From assembly GCA_963828205.1 (NCBI GenBank), contig CAWHDU010000011.1, forward strand, positions 9,134 to 73,133: DNA of 64,000 nt, written 5' to 3'. Numbering within the stretch: the stretch's first letter is position 1; the number at the start of each line of letters is the position of its first letter. The notes beneath the pieces are model-generated. The model was not told where the DNA came from. It did not search any database and was given only the letters and a program-made list of their open reading frames with translations. Below, piece after piece: positions 60,149 through 64,000 of this stretch. Origin of the DNA: an uncultured beta proteobacterium. GTDB lineage: Bacteria > Pseudomonadota > Gammaproteobacteria > Burkholderiales > Gallionellaceae. Made by a program: the position numbers and the translations under genes.

Positions 60149-60610
60149 ATGAATATGTTGAAACACACCCTGTTTTTTCCCCTGGCTCTGCTGCTGGCAG
60201 CAGGCATGATTTCAGCCACGGCACACGCCGAAGCGCCTGCTGCGAAGAAGGAAGCCGGCAACCTAACCAAGCTGGTCAAAACCGACCATAAGCTGGGCAA
60301 GGGCGAGCAAGCCACGGCGGGGCGCGAAGTGGCCGTGCATTACACCGGCTGGCTGTACGACGCGGCTGCCAAAGACAATAAAGGCAAAAAGTTCGACAGC
60401 TCGCATGACCGCAGCGTGCCGATCAGATTCCCGCTCGGCGCCGGGATGGTGATCGACGGATGGGAGCAGGGCATCGATGGCATGAAGGTAGGCGGGCAAC
60501 GCACGCTGATCATCCCGCCGCATCTCGGCTATGGCGCGCGCGGCGCACCGGGGGCGATTCCGCCGAATGCGACGCTGATATTCGACGTGGAACTGATGGG
60601 CGTAAAGTAG
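60149..60610 (+). CDS. FKBP-type peptidyl-prolyl isomerase with signal peptide
   Basis: Same FKBP motifs after a Sec-type leader ending AHA. Confidence 0.93.
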   Translation: MNMLKHTLFFPLALLLAAGMISATAHAEAPAAKKEAGNLTKLVKTDHKLGKGEQATAGREVAVHYTGWLYDAAAKDNKGKKFDSSHDRSVPIRFPLGAGMVIDGWEQGIDGMKVGGQRTLIIPPHLGYGARGAPGAIPPNATLIFDVELMGVK

Positions 60611-60632
60611 CACTTCGCCGAAACACCTCGCG

Positions 60633-60986
60633 ATGGGGCTCATCTCTAACCCGCTGCTGATTACGGCGCTGATGCTCGCCGTGTCCAACCTGTTCATGAC
60701 GTTCGCGTGGTACGGGCACCTGAAGAACTTGGCGGCGTCGCCGTGGTATATCGCGGCGCTGATAAGCTGGGGCATCGCGCTTTTCGAATATCTGCTGCAG
60801 GTGCCGGCGAACCGCATCGGCTACACCGAACTCAGCCTCGGGCAACTGAAGATTTTGCAGGAAGTCATCACGCTGTCGGTGTTCGTGCCGTTCGCGGTGC
60901 TGTACATGAACCAGCCGCTGAAATGGGATTATCTGTATGCGGCGCTGTGCCTCATGGGCGCGGTGTATTTTATTTTTCGGGCTTAA
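60633..60986 (+). CDS. DMT-family (DUF486) small membrane protein
   Basis: 'SNLFMTFAWYGHLK', 'SWGIALFEY..QVPANRIG', 'QLKILQEVITL'. Confidence 0.88.
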   Translation: MGLISNPLLITALMLAVSNLFMTFAWYGHLKNLAASPWYIAALISWGIALFEYLLQVPANRIGYTELSLGQLKILQEVITLSVFVPFAVLYMNQPLKWDYLYAALCLMGAVYFIFRA

Positions 60987-60989
60987 CCC

Positions 60990-61112
60990 GTCATTCCGGC
61001 GAAGGCCGGAATCCAGTGATTAAAAAAACCTGCGAAGCAGGCAAAACCTGAAATTTGTACCGCTACGCGGATAATTGTTGATTAACTGGATTCCGGCCTT
61101 CGCCGGAATGGC
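60990..61112. repeat. Paired palindrome element (GTCATTCCGGCGAAGGCCGGAATCCAG with an inverted copy)
   Basis: Copies at 60990-61016 and 61086-61112 with a central hairpin. Confidence 0.9.
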
Positions 61113-61128
61113 GAAGTTGGGATTGACG

Positions 61129-62502
61129 ATGAGCAGACAGAAACATATCCACATCCTCGGCATCTGCGGCACCTTCATGGGCGGCATCGCGGCCATCGCC
61201 AAGCAGGCAGGCTACCGTGTGACCGGCTGCGACGCCAATGTCTATCCGCCGATGAGCACACAGATGGAGGCGCAGGGCATCGAACTGATCGAAGGCTTCG
61301 GCATCGAGCAGCTCGAGCTCAAGCCGGATGTGTTCGTCATCGGCAACGTGGTGTCGCGCGGCAACCCGCTGATGGAGGAGATACTCAATCGCGGCCTGCC
61401 CTATGTTTCCGGGCCGCAATGGCTGGCGGATACCTTGTTGCGCGGCAAGTGGGTTTTGGGAGTTGCAGGCACTCACGGCAAAACCACGACATCAGCGATG
61501 CTGGCATGGATACTCGAATACGCGGGAATGAACCCCGGCTTCCTGATCGGCGGCGTGCCGCAGAATTTCGGCGTTTCCGCGCGCCTTACCGATTCGCCCT
61601 TTTTCGTCATCGAGGCGGACGAATACGACACCGCCTTTTTCGACAAGCGCTCCAAGTTCGTGCACTACCATCCGCGCACCGCAATCCTGAACAACCTGGA
61701 ATTCGACCACGCCGACATCTTTCCCGACCTGGCCAGCATCGAGACGCAGTTCCACCACCTGGTGCGCACCGTGCCGGGAAACGGGCTGGTGGTGTGCAAC
61801 GGGCGCGAAGAATCGCTGCGGCGCGTGCTCCAGCGTGGCTGCTGGACGCCGGTGGAACAATTCGGCTCCCCTCGCCCGCCTGCGGGAGAGGGGCTGGAGG
61901 AGAGGGGCTGGAACATCGACGCAAACAACCGCGTGACGCTGAACGGCCAACCGCAAGGCGCGCTCGAATGGGACTTGCTCGGCGAACACAACCGCATGAA
62001 CGCGCTCGCCGCGCTCGCCGCGGCGCGCCATGCCGGTGTGCCGGTCGCGCAAGGGTTGGCGGCGCTGGCCGAATTCAGGAACGTGAAGCGGCGCATGGAA
62101 GTGCGCGGCGCGGTCAACGGCATCACCGTGTATGACGACTTCGCACACCACCCCACCGCGATCGACACCACTGTCGCCGGGCTGCGCAGCAAGGTCGGCC
62201 AGGCGCGCATCCTCGCGGTGCTGGAGCCGCGCTCCAACACGATGAAGCTCGGCGTGATGAAAGATGCGCTGCCGGGCAGCCTGAAGGATGCCGACCTGGT
62301 GTTCTGCTATGCCGGGAACCTCGGCTGGGATGCGCGCGGCGCGCTGGCTCCGCTTGGTAAAAAAGCCGTGGTGAAGGACGACCTCAACGAGCTGATTGAA
62401 GCAGTCGCCGCCGCCGCACGACCAGGCGACCATGTGCTGGTGATGAGCAACGGCGGCTTCGGCGGAATACACGAGAAATTGCTGGAACGGATGGTGCGCT
62501 GA
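61129..62502 (+). CDS. mpl: Murein peptide ligase Mpl
   Basis: 'HIHILGICGTFMGGIA', 'AGTHGKTTT', 'IEADEYDTAFFDKRSKF', 'DDFAHHPTAI'. Confidence 0.97.
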   Translation: MSRQKHIHILGICGTFMGGIAAIAKQAGYRVTGCDANVYPPMSTQMEAQGIELIEGFGIEQLELKPDVFVIGNVVSRGNPLMEEILNRGLPYVSGPQWLADTLLRGKWVLGVAGTHGKTTTSAMLAWILEYAGMNPGFLIGGVPQNFGVSARLTDSPFFVIEADEYDTAFFDKRSKFVHYHPRTAILNNLEFDHADIFPDLASIETQFHHLVRTVPGNGLVVCNGREESLRRVLQRGCWTPVEQFGSPRPPAGEGLEERGWNIDANNRVTLNGQPQGALEWDLLGEHNRMNALAALAAARHAGVPVAQGLAALAEFRNVKRRMEVRGAVNGITVYDDFAHHPTAIDTTVAGLRSKVGQARILAVLEPRSNTMKLGVMKDALPGSLKDADLVFCYAGNLGWDARGALAPLGKKAVVKDDLNELIEAVAAAARPGDHVLVMSNGGFGGIHEKLLERMVR

Positions 62503-62526
62503 AAACACCTTCGGTACAAAAATACG

Positions 62527-63814
62527 CTACCGCTCCTTTAGCATCCACATGATTTCCGCAAAGGACGGTGCACTCGATGAGCCGATGTCGCTGTTCAACT
62601 TGCTCAGATAATCGGCGTGATGCGCCGTCGTGCGCACGAACGACTGGATCAGTTGAATTACTTTGGCGTCGGTCAGCCCCTTGTAATGGCCAGCCATGCC
62701 CACCAGAATTACCTGAACGATTGCGAGGTTGCAGACAAGCTCGCGGTACAGTTCAAAAAAACTCCCGCGTGAAAAAGGGAAAATATTGAGTCTTGTATAG
62801 GCCACCAGATAATTCTCGAGGATATATCCCTTTTCCCGCATGTACGGCAGGTAATAATTCTCGTGGGCGTGAAGATACCGCGCTAGCACATTGTCTCCCG
62901 AGGCTTCGTCGCCCATCCAGCCGTCGATTGCGGCCAGCATGCACTCCGCCAACCGTGGTTGGCCGACTTTGTGAAAGTAAAAGTCTGCCAGAAACCCGGT
63001 AATCACCTGCAGTTTGCGTGAAAGCTCTCCGGGTATTTGCTCGTATTGCGCCTCCACGGCAGCCGGATCGGTAAATATGCTCTTAAAGGATGCCAATATC
63101 TGGACAATTTCAGCATTCCATTTTCCCACGCGCTTCACTTCATCGAGCAGGCGCCCGAGAACCATTACTCGTGCGCCCAATGAAAGTTTCCTGAACTGCA
63201 GGATGTCCAGAATCATTTTTCGGCAATCGTCCAGCGGGCTTATCCGTTTCTGATCGTCCACTGCGCCCCCAATAACACGGTGGCTGACTATATCGCGCCC
63301 GGAAAATCGTACGTCCGGTTCCGCTTCCAGCATTCGGATCGGCTCAGGATGCAACAACGCGAGCCGCGCCGCCTCCGGGCAAGACAACACCAACCCGTAT
63401 TCCAGCCGGTCGAAATACTCATTGCGCTGCCGCGGATACAAAGCGCAGGTATCGGACAAGGCGTCTGCTCCCAGCTCCCGCTGGATCATGCACAGCCTGT
63501 CTGATTCCAAGAATGCGCAGGCTCCATCGGGCCGCATTTTTATTTTGGCGAATTTGTCCCTGGTTTGCGACGCTTTTTCTACCTGTTCCACTGCGCTGCG
63601 GAACAGCGGAGCCAGTTTTTCATGCTGGCTGGACTGATAACGATGCCAGCTGGCCGCATCGATTTCGACCGACCAACCCGCGCAGCATGTATCCTCGCAA
63701 TCGGCCCGTGCAACTGAATAGCGGGTAGTAATCCGGCATAACGGCCAGCGTCGCTCCGGCCTTGCCGGCGGTCGGTTTTGTGTTTTTTGATGGGCGCCTT
63801 TTTTTTGACATCAT
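62527..63814 (-). CDS. fliB: Flagellin lysine-N-methylase FliB-like protein (apparent frameshift at ~63704)
   Basis: Joining the upstream frame 'MPDYYPLFSCTG' to '(P)DCEDTCCAGWSVEID' restores the FliB Cys motif; also 'GACAFL...LC.IQRELG...TCALYPR', 'LSCPEAARL'. Confidence 0.82.
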
Positions 63815-63888
63815 GCCTCTTCATGCATTCTTCGCCGCATCATTCCCCAATCACCGGAGCGGAGCAAACATAACGGCCATTAGACGAG

Positions 63889-64000
63889 CTAGTGCTCCCC
63901 GCTTTCCAGCCCCAGTTCCTGTATCTTGCGCGTCAGGGTGTTGCGTCCGATGCCGAGCAGGGTGGCCGCTTCGATGCGCCGCCCGTTGGTATGCCGCAAA
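63889..64000 (-). CDS. ntrC: 3' end of a Fis-type HTH sigma54 regulator, probably NtrC
   Basis: Hand translation LRHTNGRRIEAATLLGIGRNTLTRKIQELGLESGEH*. Confidence 0.75.
   Translation of the reverse strand, partial: LRHTNGRRIEAATLLGIGRNTLTRKIQELGLESGEH

Noticed and set aside
15640-63710. Programmed ribosomal frameshifting at the broken genes
   Set aside because: No slippery heptamers or stimulatory structures at the sites. ccoN, ccoO and fliB are not known to be recoded. The shared GGCC context is better explained by sequencing error.

Overview
Betaproteobacterial chromosome segment; a Nitrosomonadales/Gallionellaceae-like origin is my inference from gene content and order, not from a search. 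Most of it is housekeeping: ntrY-like kinase, DUF4390, rsmB, fmt, def, LysM protein, dprA, smg, topA, rfbC, then thpR, corA, tcdA, TatD, aroC, the fnr-ccoNOQP-ccoG-ccoH cbb3 oxidase cluster, pabB, metH, two FKBPs, mpl, fliB and the 3' end of ntrC. The main accessory block is an ~18 kb cell-surface locus (11.9-30.0 kb). It holds a lipoprotein, a triplicated promoter/leader, a probable S-layer-type surface protein, two secreted accessory proteins sharing an unrecognised Cys-loop N-terminal module, a parvulin foldase, Wzm/Wzt with a GT41 (OGT-like) gene between them, a methyltransferase with a Wzt_C-like N-terminus, a radical SAM/SPASM enzyme and a second GT41. The window is dense in REP/MITE-like palindromes, includes a RAYT inserted between def and fmt, and has several repeats inside coding frames. 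Six of seven apparent frameshifts fall at GGCC (restoring GGNCC), and one premature stop falls at GGACC. This points to motif-specific sequencing error, probably from methylation, rather than real gene decay. No rRNA, tRNA, CRISPR array or prophage was seen.
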